DNA of 64,000 nucleotides from an uncultured delta proteobacterium (GCA_963796055.1 CAWCKH010000004.1:672001-736000), one strand, 5' to 3'. Positions 49,940-59,573 are shown, counted from the first letter of the stretch. The notes: generated by a model from the letters alone, not told the origin. Numbers and translations: made by a program.

Positions 49940-50639
49940 GCTCGAGGTAGCACGCGACGGCTTCGTGCTCGAGGCCACGCTGTCGCTCGGCCGCGGCCCC
50001 ACCGTTCTCGTCGGGCCCAACGGGGCGGGAAAGAGTACCTTGCTCCGGGCCATCCTCGGCGCGGTCCCGGTGCGGCGCGGGCGCATCGGGCTCGAGGGGC
50101 GAACGCTGCTCGACACCGCGCGCGGCGTGTCGCTGCCCAGCGAGGAGCGACGGGTCGGCTGGGTCCCCCAGGAGTACGCGCTCTTTCCGCACCTCACGGT
50201 GCTGGAGAACGTCACGTTCGGCAGCCCCGGCCCGGCCGGTCGCGCCCGGGCCGCCCTTGTGCTGGACCAGCTCGGACTGGGTCCCCTGGCTCCACGGCGC
50301 CCGGGCGCGCTCTCGGGCGGCGAGCGCCAGAAGGTCGCCCTCGCCCGGGCACTGGCCGCCGAGCCGCGCGCGCTGCTCCTCGACGAGCCCCTCGCCGCGC
50401 TCGACGCCGACACCCGGGAGACGACCCGCGGGCTCCTCGCCGACACGCTCCGCCGCCTGGCCATTCCCTCCCTGGTCGTCACCCACGAGATGCGCGACGT
50501 GCTGGCCCTCGGGGGACCGGTGGTGCTGCTCGAGGCGGGCCGGGTGCGCTCCGTCGGCGCCCTGGAGGGGTTCCGCGCGGCGCCTCCCACCGAGTTCGCG
50601 CGAACACTCGCCGCGAGGGGTCATGACAGAGGTGTTTGA
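49926..50639 (+). CDS. modC: Molybdate ABC transporter ATP-binding protein
   Basis: [34 protein letters not shown]. Confidence 0.9.
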   Translation: MLDLELEVARDGFVLEATLSLGRGPTVLVGPNGAGKSTLLRAILGAVPVRRGRIGLEGRTLLDTARGVSLPSEERRVGWVPQEYALFPHLTVLENVTFGSPGPAGRARAALVLDQLGLGPLAPRRPGALSGGERQKVALARALAAEPRALLLDEPLAALDADTRETTRGLLADTLRRLAIPSLVVTHEMRDVLALGGPVVLLEAGRVRSVGALEGFRAAPPTEFARTLAARGHDRGV

Positions 50640-50670
50640 CACCTTGGAAGTCAAGTGGACTTGACACGGG
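50629..50670 (+). promoter_or_regulatory. 42-bp promoter/operator element, copy 2, upstream of modA and overlapping the modC stop
   Basis: GAGGTGTTTGACACCTTGGAAGTCAAGTGGACTTGACACGGG. Confidence 0.8.
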
Positions 50671-50696
50671 GGTCCCCGCGTCGTCAGGTCCCGTCC

Positions 50697-51500
50697 GTGC
50701 GCGCGCCCGGCCTGGTCGTTGCTCTGGTGGTGCTCCTCGTCGGCGGCGGGCCGGCCCGGGCCGGGGACGGCGGGCGGTCGCAGAGAGCGGCCCTCGGCGT
50801 GTTCGCCGCCGCCTCGCTCCGCGACGTGTTCGGGACGCTGGGGGCCACCTTCGAGCAGGCGCATCCCGGCGTCCAAGTGCGGTTCAACTTCGCCGGGAGT
50901 CAGGAGCTGCGCACGCAGATCGAGCACGGCGCCCCGGCGGACGTGTTCGCCTCCGCGGACACCCGGCACATGGACGCCGCGCGCGCCGCAGGGCTGGTCG
51001 AGGCGCCGACGCTTCTCGCCACCAACGCCCCCGTCATCGTCGTGCCCGCCGACAACCCGGGCAAGGTGGGAGGGCTCGCCGACCTGGCGAAGGTGAAGCG
51101 GCTGGTCCTCGGCGCGCCCGAGGTGCCCATCGGCGCTTACACCTTGCAGATCCTCGAGGCCGCCCGTGCGCGCTTCGGCGCCGAGTTCCCGGACCGGGTG
51201 CAGAGCCGGGTGGTGAGCCGGGAGCTGAACGTCCGGCAGGTGCTGACCAAGGTCGTGCTCGGCGAGGCCGACGCCGGGGTGGTGTACCGGACCGACGCGC
51301 GCAACGCCGGTGACCGGGTCCGGGTGGTGGAGATTCCCCCCGAGGTGAACGTGGTGGCCCAGTACCCCATCGCGGTAGTGACCCGGTCACCACACCCGGA
51401 GCTGGCCCGGCAGTGGATCGCGCTGGTGACCGGAGCCGAGGGGCAGGCCGTGCTCGCCAGGGCGGGCTTCGGATCGCCGGCGCCCTCCGCGCGCAGGTGA
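50697..51500 (+). CDS. modA: Molybdate ABC transporter substrate-binding protein
   Basis: Signal peptide, VFAAASL, FAGSQEL, GAPADVFASA, VPIGAY, NVRQVL, GEADAGVVY.TD. Confidence 0.94.
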   Translation: MRAPGLVVALVVLLVGGGPARAGDGGRSQRAALGVFAAASLRDVFGTLGATFEQAHPGVQVRFNFAGSQELRTQIEHGAPADVFASADTRHMDAARAAGLVEAPTLLATNAPVIVVPADNPGKVGGLADLAKVKRLVLGAPEVPIGAYTLQILEAARARFGAEFPDRVQSRVVSRELNVRQVLTKVVLGEADAGVVYRTDARNAGDRVRVVEIPPEVNVVAQYPIAVVTRSPHPELARQWIALVTGAEGQAVLARAGFGSPAPSARR

Positions 51501-51586
51501 GCGTCGACCGGCGCCGCGCACGGGCAAGCCCGGCCCGACTTCCGCTTGCGCCATGGCGGGCGCACGGCGATGACAGTGGCGCACCG

Positions 51587-53299
51587 ATGAAGACCCGAGC
51601 CCTCGTCCTGTCGCTGCTCGTCTTGCTCGTCGCGCCCGCCCGGGCGGCCCGCCCGTATCGCGGGGGGGTCGTCGCCAGCGCCTACCCGCAGGCCGCCGAG
51701 GCCGCGCTGCAGATGCTCGACCGCGGCGGAAACGCGGTGGATGCTGCCGTCGCCGCCGCCTTCGCCGCCGGGGTGGTGGGCCCGTACCACAATGGACTGG
51801 CCGGCGGCGGTTTCGCCCTGCTCGCGCTGCAGGGCAAGGACACGCTGGCGCTCGACTTTCGCGAGGTCGCCCCCGCCGCGGCCACCCGCGACATGTACCT
51901 CCGCGAGGGGAAGCCCGTGCCCGGGCTGTCCACCGACGGCGCGCTCTCGGTCGCGGTCCCCAACGCGGTCAATGGATACCTGGCGCTGCTGGAGAAGGCC
52001 GGCTCGCTCCCGCGCTCGGTGGTGCTCGCCCCGGCCATCCGCCTGGCCCGGGAGGGTTTCATCGTCACCCCGAAGTACCACCAGCTGGCGAGACCACGGC
52101 TCGACTGCCTGCGAGGAGACACCGAGGCCTCGCGCATCTTCCTCCGGCCGGGCCCCGACGGACGCCCCGACGTCCCCCCGCTCGGAACGCGCCTCCGCCA
52201 GCGGGATCTCGCCCGCACCCTGGAGCGCATCTCGGCCGCCGGCGCCGCCGCTGTCCGGAGCGGCCCCATCGTGCGCGCCATCGTGCACACGGTCCGCGGT
52301 GGGGGCGGCATCCTCACCGAGGAAGACCTTGCCCGGATCAGGCCCCGGTGGCGCACACCGCTCTGGGGCTCCTACCGCGGCCATCGCATCGCCACCTTCC
52401 CTCCCCCGAGTGGGGGCGGCGTCATCCTGCTCGAGACGCTCAGCCTGCTCGAGCGGCTGCGGCCCCAGGGATACCAGCGCCGCGCACCGGAGGACCTGCA
52501 CCTCTACGTGGAGGCGCTCCGTCGGGCCTACGCCGACCGGGCCCGGTTCGTCGCCGATCCGGAGCAGGCGGAGGTTCCACTCGACCGCCTCCTGTCGGCC
52601 GAGCACCTCGCCGAGCTCGCGGCGAGCATCGACCCGGGAAGGGCCACCGCCTCGTCCTCGCTCCCGGGCGCGGCCACCACGGCCTCCCACCCCTCCGGGG
52701 CGAAGAACACCACCGAGATCTCCATCCTCGACCGCTCCGGGAACGCGGTCGCCCTCACCACCACCGTCAACAACGCGTTCGGGAGCTGCCTGGTGGCCCG
52801 GGGCACTGGCCTGCTCCTCAACAACGAGATGGACGACTTCTCCGTCCAGCCGGGGGTCCCGAACATCTATGGCCTGGTCTACGGCGAGTCCAACGGCATC
52901 GCACCAGGGAGGATCCCGGTCTCGTCGATGACCCCCACGCTGGTCTTCCAGAAGGAGCGCCCGGGGCGGGTGCTGCTCGCCGTCGGAGCCTCCGGCGGCG
53001 CGTACATCCCCACCGGCGTCGTCCAGGTGGTGACCAACCTCCTCGACGCCCGGATGAACCTCCCCATGGCGGTGGCCGCCGGACGCGTCCACCACCAGTG
53101 GCTGCCCGACGTGGTCACCATCAACCCCGACTCGCTCGACACCTTGACCCGGAAGGCGCTCGAGGCGATGGGCCACACCTTCAAGGTGACGGACTCCCCG
53201 CTCGCCGACGTGGAGGCGGTGATGGAGGACCCGGCCTCGGGTTTGCGCACCGCCGCCTCCGACCCCCGGAACGAGGGGACCCCGCTCGGACAGCCCTAG
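51587..53299 (+). CDS. ggt: Gamma-glutamyltransferase
   Basis: Signal peptide, GGNAVDAA, GGGF, DFREVAP, PPPSGGG, NTTEISILD autocleavage Thr, LLNNEMDDF, SSMTPT, RVHHQWLP, SDPR. Confidence 0.95.
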   Translation: MKTRALVLSLLVLLVAPARAARPYRGGVVASAYPQAAEAALQMLDRGGNAVDAAVAAAFAAGVVGPYHNGLAGGGFALLALQGKDTLALDFREVAPAAATRDMYLREGKPVPGLSTDGALSVAVPNAVNGYLALLEKAGSLPRSVVLAPAIRLAREGFIVTPKYHQLARPRLDCLRGDTEASRIFLRPGPDGRPDVPPLGTRLRQRDLARTLERISAAGAAAVRSGPIVRAIVHTVRGGGGILTEEDLARIRPRWRTPLWGSYRGHRIATFPPPSGGGVILLETLSLLERLRPQGYQRRAPEDLHLYVEALRRAYADRARFVADPEQAEVPLDRLLSAEHLAELAASIDPGRATASSSLPGAATTASHPSGAKNTTEISILDRSGNAVALTTTVNNAFGSCLVARGTGLLLNNEMDDFSVQPGVPNIYGLVYGESNGIAPGRIPVSSMTPTLVFQKERPGRVLLAVGASGGAYIPTGVVQVVTNLLDARMNLPMAVAAGRVHHQWLPDVVTINPDSLDTLTRKALEAMGHTFKVTDSPLADVEAVMEDPASGLRTAASDPRNEGTPLGQP

Positions 53300-53721
53300 A
53301 CGGAGGGTTCACCGGAGGCGCCGGGCAGGAGCGCCGGGCCCGAGTGCGCCAGGGCCATTCGCCATCCGGTTCCGGTCCGCACGCAGACGTCGGTGAAGAA
53401 GGCCGCGTCGTCCACCTCGACCCCGGTGGGCAACCGGACGCGCGCCCGCTGCAAGCCGGTGAGAACCCCCACCCCGCCCACCACCCGTGCCCGGAGATGC
53501 AGCGCCGAGAGCTCGAGGATCTCCCCCGGGATCTCCACCGCGGCCCGGAGGAAGTCCTCCCGATGGGTCTCGGTCCCGTCCGACCCCAGCAGCACGAACC
53601 CCTCGGTCACCAGCGCACCCAGGCCCAACGAATCCCGGCGCCGGATGGCATCCATCACCGCGTCCTCGAGCGCGAGCAGGGCGCGCTCGTCAGGCGTCAG
53701 CGACGCCAGCGGGTGCTCCAC
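53296..53721 (-). CDS. NTF2-like (DUF4440/SnoaL) protein
   Basis: AIRRRD..L..L....F....DG, FTDVCV, WRMALAH. Confidence 0.75.
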   Translation of the reverse strand: MEHPLASLTPDERALLALEDAVMDAIRRRDSLGLGALVTEGFVLLGSDGTETHREDFLRAAVEIPGEILELSALHLRARVVGGVGVLTGLQRARVRLPTGVEVDDAAFFTDVCVRTGTGWRMALAHSGPALLPGASGEPSV

Positions 53722-53723
53722 GG

Positions 53724-54254
53724 TCAGCCCTTCCTCCGGGTGTAGATGCCCTCGAAGAGAATCGTCCAGTTCCGCCCGTCGTCCGACGACTGCTCCCAGC
53801 GCTGCCGGATGCGGTCTCCCTCGAGCTTCTGCCACACGATGCGGTTCAGCATGCTGCTCCCGCGCGGTCCCGAGCGACGCCCGCTGAGGACCATCTTGCC
53901 GTCCTTGAACTCGCCGTCCAGCACCAGCACCATCCCCAGGTCGTCGACGAACGTCTGAGTCCAGCGGCCCGCCGGGCTGTCGTAGCTGGTCAGCGAGCTG
54001 CCCTGGCTGCCGTCGGTGGCGGTCCAGCTCTCGCGAAGGGCGCAACCTTCGAGGATCTTCTCCACCTTGTTCTCTCCGGCCGGAGTGCCCTTCGGCGTCT
54101 GGACCTCCCACTCGCCCACCCAGAAGTCGAACTGGCGGTACGCCGCGCTCGAGCAGGGCGGACCCTTGGCGGTGGCCGCGGTGAAGGCCCGCTTCTTCTC
54201 GGCCGGGGCGGACAGGGGGACGAGGACCGCGAGCAGCAACGGCAGGACGCGCAT
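53724..54254 (-). CDS. Exported DUF1579-like beta-barrel protein
   Basis: GGAGG upstream, signal peptide, CSSAAYRQFDFWVGEWEV, GCALRESW, WEQSSDDG..W...FEGIY. Confidence 0.8.
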   Translation of the reverse strand: MRVLPLLLAVLVPLSAPAEKKRAFTAATAKGPPCSSAAYRQFDFWVGEWEVQTPKGTPAGENKVEKILEGCALRESWTATDGSQGSSLTSYDSPAGRWTQTFVDDLGMVLVLDGEFKDGKMVLSGRRSGPRGSSMLNRIVWQKLEGDRIRQRWEQSSDDGRNWTILFEGIYTRRKG

Positions 54255-54318
54255 CACCCCGAACCTCCCTCCCGGAGGCAGAATAGACGTCACCGGGCCA
54301 CCTGTCTCGGCAGCCGAC

Positions 54319-55083
54319 GTGCTCTTCGACGCCCATCTCCACCCCGAGACGTTGTCCGACCTCGACCTCGAGTCGCTCCGCGCATTCGGCGTCGAGCGTG
54401 CGGTGGTGCTGGGACATCACTTTCCCGAGCCCACCTCGCGGGGCCTGCGCGCCCACTTTCGCGACCTCCTGGAGGTACAGCTCCCGCGTCTGGAGCGGGT
54501 CGGCATCCGCGGGTACGTCGCCCTCGGCGTTCACCCCCGGGCCATCCCACGCCGCGGTTTGCACGACGTGCTCGCCACCCTCCCCTCTCTGTTCCGGGGC
54601 GGCCGGGTGGTGGCGCTCGGCGAGATCGGCTTCCACCGCGGCGGGCCGGACGAGGAGGAGGCCCTGGTCGAGCAGCTTGAGCTCGCCCGCCGCCTCTCGC
54701 TGCGGGTCGTCCTGCACACTCCTGCGCTGGACAAGGAGCGGTGGACGCGGCGATTGCTGGCCCTGTTGCGCCAGCACGGGCCCGAGCCCGGGCGGGTGCT
54801 GGTGGATCACGCGAGCGCCCGCACCGTGCCCCTCATCCTCGCCCGTGGGCACTGGGCGGGGCTGACGGTCAACGTCGGCGAGCTCACCGCCGACCGCGCG
54901 GTGCAGCTGGTGCGCAGGCTCGGAAGCCGGCGGCTCACGCTGGGGAGTGATGCCGGGGATCGCCCGGGAGACTTGCTGGGGTTGCCGCGCGCAGTGCACC
55001 TGCTCGAGCGCGCCGGGCTGGGCCGGGCGCTCGTCTCGCGCCTGGCGTTCCGGAACGCGCGACGGTTCTTCGGCGTGGACTGA
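54319..55083 (+). CDS. TatD-family metallohydrolase
   Basis: FDAHLH, LGVHP, ALGEIG, VLHTP, LVDH, LGSD; start approximate. Confidence 0.85.
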   Translation: MLFDAHLHPETLSDLDLESLRAFGVERAVVLGHHFPEPTSRGLRAHFRDLLEVQLPRLERVGIRGYVALGVHPRAIPRRGLHDVLATLPSLFRGGRVVALGEIGFHRGGPDEEEALVEQLELARRLSLRVVLHTPALDKERWTRRLLALLRQHGPEPGRVLVDHASARTVPLILARGHWAGLTVNVGELTADRAVQLVRRLGSRRLTLGSDAGDRPGDLLGLPRAVHLLERAGLGRALVSRLAFRNARRFFGVD

Positions 55084-55109
55084 AGACGGTGCGAGGGGCT
55101 GGCGCTCCG

Positions 55110-55358
55110 TCAGTGGACGGAGGCGACGACCTCGCTCGGCACACCGACGTCTGCGAGCGCGATGCGGGGCTGCTCACGCGCTTCGTCCAGCTCGAGCGCG
55201 CTGCCGAACTCGGCTGCGTCGAGGAGCCGCTGGGTGCGATCGTCGAGCTCCACCGCGACGAGTATCGAGAGCCCGGTGCCGCTGACCTCGCACTGTTGGT
55301 AGCGCGCCCAGCGACCATCGCCCAGCTTCACCAGCTCTCCGATGTCGGCCAAGGGCAT
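55110..55358 (-). CDS. Small hypothetical protein
   Basis: GGAGG next to the ATG; protein-like GELVKLGDGRWARYQQC..ILVAVELD. Confidence 0.55.
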   Translation of the reverse strand: MPLADIGELVKLGDGRWARYQQCEVSGTGLSILVAVELDDRTQRLLDAAEFGSALELDEAREQPRIALADVGVPSEVVASVH

Positions 55359-55585
55359 CCTCCGGACCGCGAAGTGGGTACACTGTAAGCAGCGCGCCTG
55401 ACCCCCGGCAAGCCCGTCTGGTAAACGGCGTGCAACCCGTTGGAATCACTGATCTGACCTGGGCCTGTGACCCCGGACCGGAGGGCTGTCCCACCCGCCA
55501 CCGGGTCAACCTGTCAACGGGACGCACTGTGAACCCGTGCATGCCCCTGCGGCCCCTGACGCGCGTGGGCCGCAGGGATGACGCG

Positions 55586-56488
55586 TCAGGACTTGGGGCG
55601 GATCTCGGTGCCGACGAGCTGCTCGAAAACGGTGATGACCGCGCCGATGTCCTGCTCGCCCTTTCCCGCGGCGCGCGCCAGCTCGTAGCACTGCCGGACG
55701 ATGGCCGCGACCGGCGTGGGCACGCGGTTGGACGCGGCGCTGTCGAGGAACAGGCCCAGGTCCTTGTCCATCAGGTCGATGGCGAAATGGGTCTCGAAGT
55801 CGCGGCGCAGCAGCGCGTTGCCCTTGAAATCGAAGTACGGCGAGCGGAAGCCGGAGGCCTGGACCACCTCGAGCACCCTGGCCGGGTCCACGCCCGCCTT
55901 GGTCGCGAGCAGCATGCCCTCGCCGAGGCTCTGCAGCATCGAGGCGATGAGCGCGTTCCCTGCGAGCTTCACCTGGCTACCCGCGCCCACCGGCCCGCAG
56001 TGGACCCACTTCTCGCCCACGGCGCGAAAGACTGGCTCGGCGCGCGCGAGGGCCTCGGGCGTCCCCCCGGCCATGATCAGCAGCGTCCCCTTCTCCGCGC
56101 CGGTCTTGCTCCCGGTGACCGGCGCCTCGACGAAGTCCACGCCCAGGGCCCGGGCGCGCTGCGCGAGGCTCCGCGCCTGGTCCGGGCCGATGGTGCTGAA
56201 GTCGATGAGCAGCTGCCCGCGGCGGGCCGCGGAGAGGAGCCCGTCCTTTCCCGCCACCACCTCCTCGAGCGCGGCCGGCGTCGCCACGCAGGTGCAGGCG
56301 ATGTCCACGCTGGCCATCAGCTGGGCCGGCGTGTCTGCCACCTTCGCTCCCAGCGGCTCGAGCGCGGCCCCACGCGCACGCGTACGGTTCCACACCGTGA
56401 CCTGGAACCCCTTGCTGGCGAGGTTCTTCGCCATCCCCGACCCCATCAACCCGAGCCCGAGAAACCCAACCCGTTGCCCACTGGCCAT
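55586..56488 (-). CDS. NAD(P)-dependent beta-hydroxyacid dehydrogenase (3-hydroxyisobutyrate DH family)
   Basis: GFLGLGLMG, WNRT, IDFSTI, EAPVTGS, GSQVKLAGN, KDL. Confidence 0.92.
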   Translation of the reverse strand: MASGQRVGFLGLGLMGSGMAKNLASKGFQVTVWNRTRARGAALEPLGAKVADTPAQLMASVDIACTCVATPAALEEVVAGKDGLLSAARRGQLLIDFSTIGPDQARSLAQRARALGVDFVEAPVTGSKTGAEKGTLLIMAGGTPEALARAEPVFRAVGEKWVHCGPVGAGSQVKLAGNALIASMLQSLGEGMLLATKAGVDPARVLEVVQASGFRSPYFDFKGNALLRRDFETHFAIDLMDKDLGLFLDSAASNRVPTPVAAIVRQCYELARAAGKGEQDIGAVITVFEQLVGTEIRPKS

Positions 56489-56538
56489 CTGTCGCTCCTC
56501 GTTCGGCGAAAGGACGAGGAACTGACTATGGTAGGGAC

Positions 56539-56769
56539 GTGAAGTTTCCAAGCCTCCTCCGGCCGGTCCGCGAGCGTTTGCTGGCTCCGCTGCGACACCC
56601 GGATCAGGCCGAGCGCCTGCTGGTGGAGACCTTCCGCACCCTGGGCACGCTCTGCACCCGCCTGGCAGACATGGTGGAGTCCCAGCGGCTGACGCGCGCC
56701 GGGTACCACGGGCAGGGTCGCTTCCTCGAGCGACTCGAGCGGCCGGCGCCCCCCTCCAAGCCGGAGTGA
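56539..56769 (+). CDS. Small hypothetical protein
   Basis: Short ORF with GC3-biased codons upstream of the ECF sigma gene. Confidence 0.5.
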   Translation: MKFPSLLRPVRERLLAPLRHPDQAERLLVETFRTLGTLCTRLADMVESQRLTRAGYHGQGRFLERLERPAPPSKPE

Positions 56770-56868
56770 GCAGCCCGCAGCCCCCCGGGAAGATTCCCGA
56801 CCCCCGTCCGACTCCTGTTCACCGTAGGCCGATGCACGGCCTCCGGCGCCTGGGGGCGAGCGGAACCC

Positions 56869-57453
56869 ATGGGTCTTGGGCTCGAGGAACGGAGCGCGGC
56901 AGATGCGCGGATCCGCAGGGCAGCGCGGGCGGGCGATCAGGACAGGGCGCTCCGGGTCCTGATGGAGGCATACGGAACGCAGCTGTTCGCGGTGTGCATG
57001 CGGTTCATCCCCGACCGGGCGCTCGCCGAGGACGTGCACCAGACCTGCTTCGTGCAGGCGTACCAGTCGCTCCACCGGGTGCTGGAACGGGAGTCGATCG
57101 CCGCCTGGCTGATGGCCATCGCCAGGAACCGCTGTCTGGATGCGCTGAAGATCCACCGCCGGCGCCGGCGCTGGCAGGTGCCCCACGCCAGCCTGCCGGA
57201 GGTCCCCGACGCGCGGTCCAGCGCCGAGGACGAGGTGCACCGCTCCTCGCTCGTCCAGCGTTTGCGCCATGCGCTGGACGTGCTCTCGACCGAGGCCCGA
57301 CGGGCGGTGGAGCTGCGCTACGGGGAGATGCTCTCCTACGAGGAGATGGCCGAGCTCTGCGGGGCGCGCCCCGGCACGCTGCAGATGCGCGTGACCCGGG
57401 CGATGCCCCTCCTCCGGCGCTCGCTCGAGGCGCGGGGCATCACCGGCTTCTGA
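56869..57453 (+). CDS. ECF RNA polymerase sigma factor
   Basis: AEDVHQTCF, WLMAIARNRCLD, LSYEEMAELCG..PGTLQMRVTRA. Confidence 0.88.
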   Translation: MGLGLEERSAADARIRRAARAGDQDRALRVLMEAYGTQLFAVCMRFIPDRALAEDVHQTCFVQAYQSLHRVLERESIAAWLMAIARNRCLDALKIHRRRRRWQVPHASLPEVPDARSSAEDEVHRSSLVQRLRHALDVLSTEARRAVELRYGEMLSYEEMAELCGARPGTLQMRVTRAMPLLRRSLEARGITGF

Positions 57454-57474
57454 GCAGCGTACGCCCGCCGGAGA

Positions 57475-58269
57475 TCACTTGAGGATGGATTTCAGGAAGC
57501 GGCGCGTGGCGTCGTTGGCGTCCTGCGCCGCGGGCGGGTTGTAGCGACCACCGGTCGGGTTGGCGAAGGCGTGCTCCGCGTCGTAGCTGCGAAACTCGTG
57601 CTTGATGCCGGCGTCCTTCAGCGCCAGGTCGAAGGCCGCCACCTTCTCCGGGGTGATCCCCTGGTCGCGCTTGGCCCAGATGCCGAGCACCGGCCCGCGG
57701 AGCTTCCGGAGGAGGCTCACCTCGGTCACCGGCGCCCCGTAGTAGATGACCGTCGCCGCGACCTTCTCCGGACTGGCGAGCGACGCGTTCAGGCTCTGCC
57801 CGCCGCCCATGCACCAGCCCAGGGTGGCGATCTTCTTCCCGGGCGCGGCCTGCGCCAGCCACGCGATCCCGGCGACCTCCACCTCGGTGGCCCTCTTCTG
57901 GTCCAGCGCGCCGGCGAGCTTCCGGGCCTCGTCGTCGGAGGTGGCCACCGCTCCGCCGTAGAGGTCCACCGCAGCGACCAGATACCCCTGCGTGGCGTAG
58001 CGATCCGCCTCCGCCTTCACCCAGTCGTTCAGCCCCCACCACTCGTGGAGGATCAGCAGGCCGCCGCGCGGCGTCCCCTTCGGCCGCGCCACGTAAGCGA
58101 TGGCCGTCTTCCCATCGGGCAACGACAGCTCCACGGACTTTCCCTTCGGCGTGGGCGGCCTGGGGTCCACCGGGTGGTGCTCCTGCGCCGGGGCCTGGGG
58201 CGGCGGCTCCACCGCGAGTGCCGCACCCGCGACGAGCATCGAGAGCACCTGGGCTGCGCGGAACGACAC
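57475..58269 (-). CDS. Exported dienelactone hydrolase family protein
   Basis: HEWWGLN, GYL..AVDLY, GWCMGG nucleophile Cys, YYG, HAFANP. Confidence 0.92.
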   Translation of the reverse strand: MSFRAAQVLSMLVAGAALAVEPPPQAPAQEHHPVDPRPPTPKGKSVELSLPDGKTAIAYVARPKGTPRGGLLILHEWWGLNDWVKAEADRYATQGYLVAAVDLYGGAVATSDDEARKLAGALDQKRATEVEVAGIAWLAQAAPGKKIATLGWCMGGGQSLNASLASPEKVAATVIYYGAPVTEVSLLRKLRGPVLGIWAKRDQGITPEKVAAFDLALKDAGIKHEFRSYDAEHAFANPTGGRYNPPAAQDANDATRRFLKSILK

Positions 58270-58399
58270 TGTCCTACCTCCTCGGCGCCGCGGAAGTGGT
58301 CGATCTTCCTAGCACTGCTCGCATCCACTGGGGAAAGAGGCAAGTTGCCGCCTGACCGGGGGAGGTACCATCTTCACGCGCGGCGCCGAAACGCCCCCC

Positions 58400-58780
58400 A
58401 TGTCCTTCGTCCTGGTCGTCGACGACGACGCGAGCCATCGCACCCTGATCTGCGATCTCCTCGAGGAGATGGGCTACCGCACACGAAGCGCGGGCAACGG
58501 GCGCGAGGCGCTGGACGTGCTCGAGGAGGAGATGCCGCAGGCGGTGCTCCTCGACCTGCGCATGCCGGTGATGAGCGGGTGGGGCCTGCTCGAGGCGCTG
58601 AAGAAGCTGCCGCGCGCCCGCGGGCTGCCGATCATCATCATCTCGGCCTACGGCTTCGAGTGGGAGGCCGAGCTGGTCGGCGCGAGCGGCTACGTCAGCA
58701 AGCCCGTGGACCTCGATCGGGTGCGCGAGACCGTCAGCCGCATCCTCGGGCCACCGCCCGAGCCGCAGGTGCTCCACTAA
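58400..58780 (+). CDS. Single-domain response regulator
   Basis: VLVVDDD, LLDLRMPVMSG, IIISA, KP. Confidence 0.93.
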   Translation: MSFVLVVDDDASHRTLICDLLEEMGYRTRSAGNGREALDVLEEEMPQAVLLDLRMPVMSGWGLLEALKKLPRARGLPIIIISAYGFEWEAELVGASGYVSKPVDLDRVRETVSRILGPPPEPQVLH

Positions 58781-59108
58781 GTCAGGGCGGCCGCAGCCAA
58801 GGTCCGGGTCAAGGGGTCCTCGGGCGCTAGAGTCGGCGAGCTCAGGGCGGCCGCAGTCAGTCAGTCAGGGCGGCCGCAGCCAAGGTCCGGGTCAAGGGGT
58901 CCTCGGGCGCTAGAGTCGGCGAGCTCAGGGCGGCCGCAGTCAGTCAGTCAGGGCGGCCGCAGCCAAGGTCCGGGTCAAGGGGTCCTCGGGCGCTATGGTC
59001 GGCGAGCTCAGGGCGGCCGCAGTCAGTCAGTCAGGCGGCCGCAGCCAAGGTCCGGGTCAAGGGGTCCTCGGGCGCTATCGTCGGCGAGCTCCAGGCGGCC
59101 GCAGTCAG
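58781..59108. repeat. Intergenic tandem array of four ~83-bp units built around (G/C)TCAGGGCGGCCGC
   Basis: Units start at 58781, 58864, 58947 and 59030; each is 14-mer + 46 nt + 14-mer + AGTCAGTCA; the last two units carry small changes. Confidence 0.95.
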
Positions 59109-59126
59109 CTCTGCCCTGCGGGCTCG

Positions 59127-59573
59127 TTACTGCCTGGGGTGGTTGCTCTTCGGAGCGCCGTGGCCCTCGCCGCCCTCGCCGGTGGGCGGCTCCAGGGCCA
59201 TGTTCCACGGCTCCACCGGCAGGTTCGGTCCCGAGGTCCAGGTGTTCATCGCCCAGCCGGTCTCCGGGGCGACGGTCTGCCCGAAATTCCAGTCCGCGCG
59301 GGTGCCCAGCAGCGTGACCGGAGGCTGGGCCCGGGTGGTCAGCGGCGAGGTCTCGCCCTGCACGGTCCCGGGGACGATCTCCTCCGGGCTCTTCGGCTCG
59401 CGCGCGAGGCCCCACGAGGCGCTGACGTACCAGTCCCCGAAGCGGCCCGCCGTGCCGAGGCTGGTGGTGTCGGGCTTGTCGGACAGCGGACCGTGCTCAT
59501 GGGAGCACCCGACCGGGAAGGTGCCGAAGACGAGCGCGAAGCCAGCGACCAGGGGACGGGGCAGAAGGGGCAT
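59127..59573 (-). CDS. Hypothetical protein, possibly a lipoprotein
   Basis: Hydrophobic N-terminus ending PVGC; Trp/Pro-rich body. Confidence 0.55.
   Translation of the reverse strand: MPLLPRPLVAGFALVFGTFPVGCSHEHGPLSDKPDTTSLGTAGRFGDWYVSASWGLAREPKSPEEIVPGTVQGETSPLTTRAQPPVTLLGTRADWNFGQTVAPETGWAMNTWTSGPNLPVEPWNMALEPPTGEGGEGHGAPKSNHPRQ

Noticed and set aside
48031..50670. IS element or att-flanked mobile element bounded by the 42-bp repeats
   Set aside because: No transposase, integrase or recombinase nearby, and identical spacing to start codons favours a regulatory role
54319..55083. ebo gene cluster (EboB-like TatD)
   Set aside because: No other ebo-like genes are adjacent; kept as a generic TatD hydrolase
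55359..55585. Sigma54 promoter or ncRNA in the long intergenic region
   Set aside because: The best match, TTGCACG-N4-TTAC, lacks the invariant GG and GC; the short AACCCGT and GTCAAC repeats are too weak to call
58781..59108. CRISPR array interpretation of the tandem repeats (also 21199-21362)
   Set aside because: Spacers are near-identical within each array, the repeat core is only 14 bp, and no cas genes are in the window
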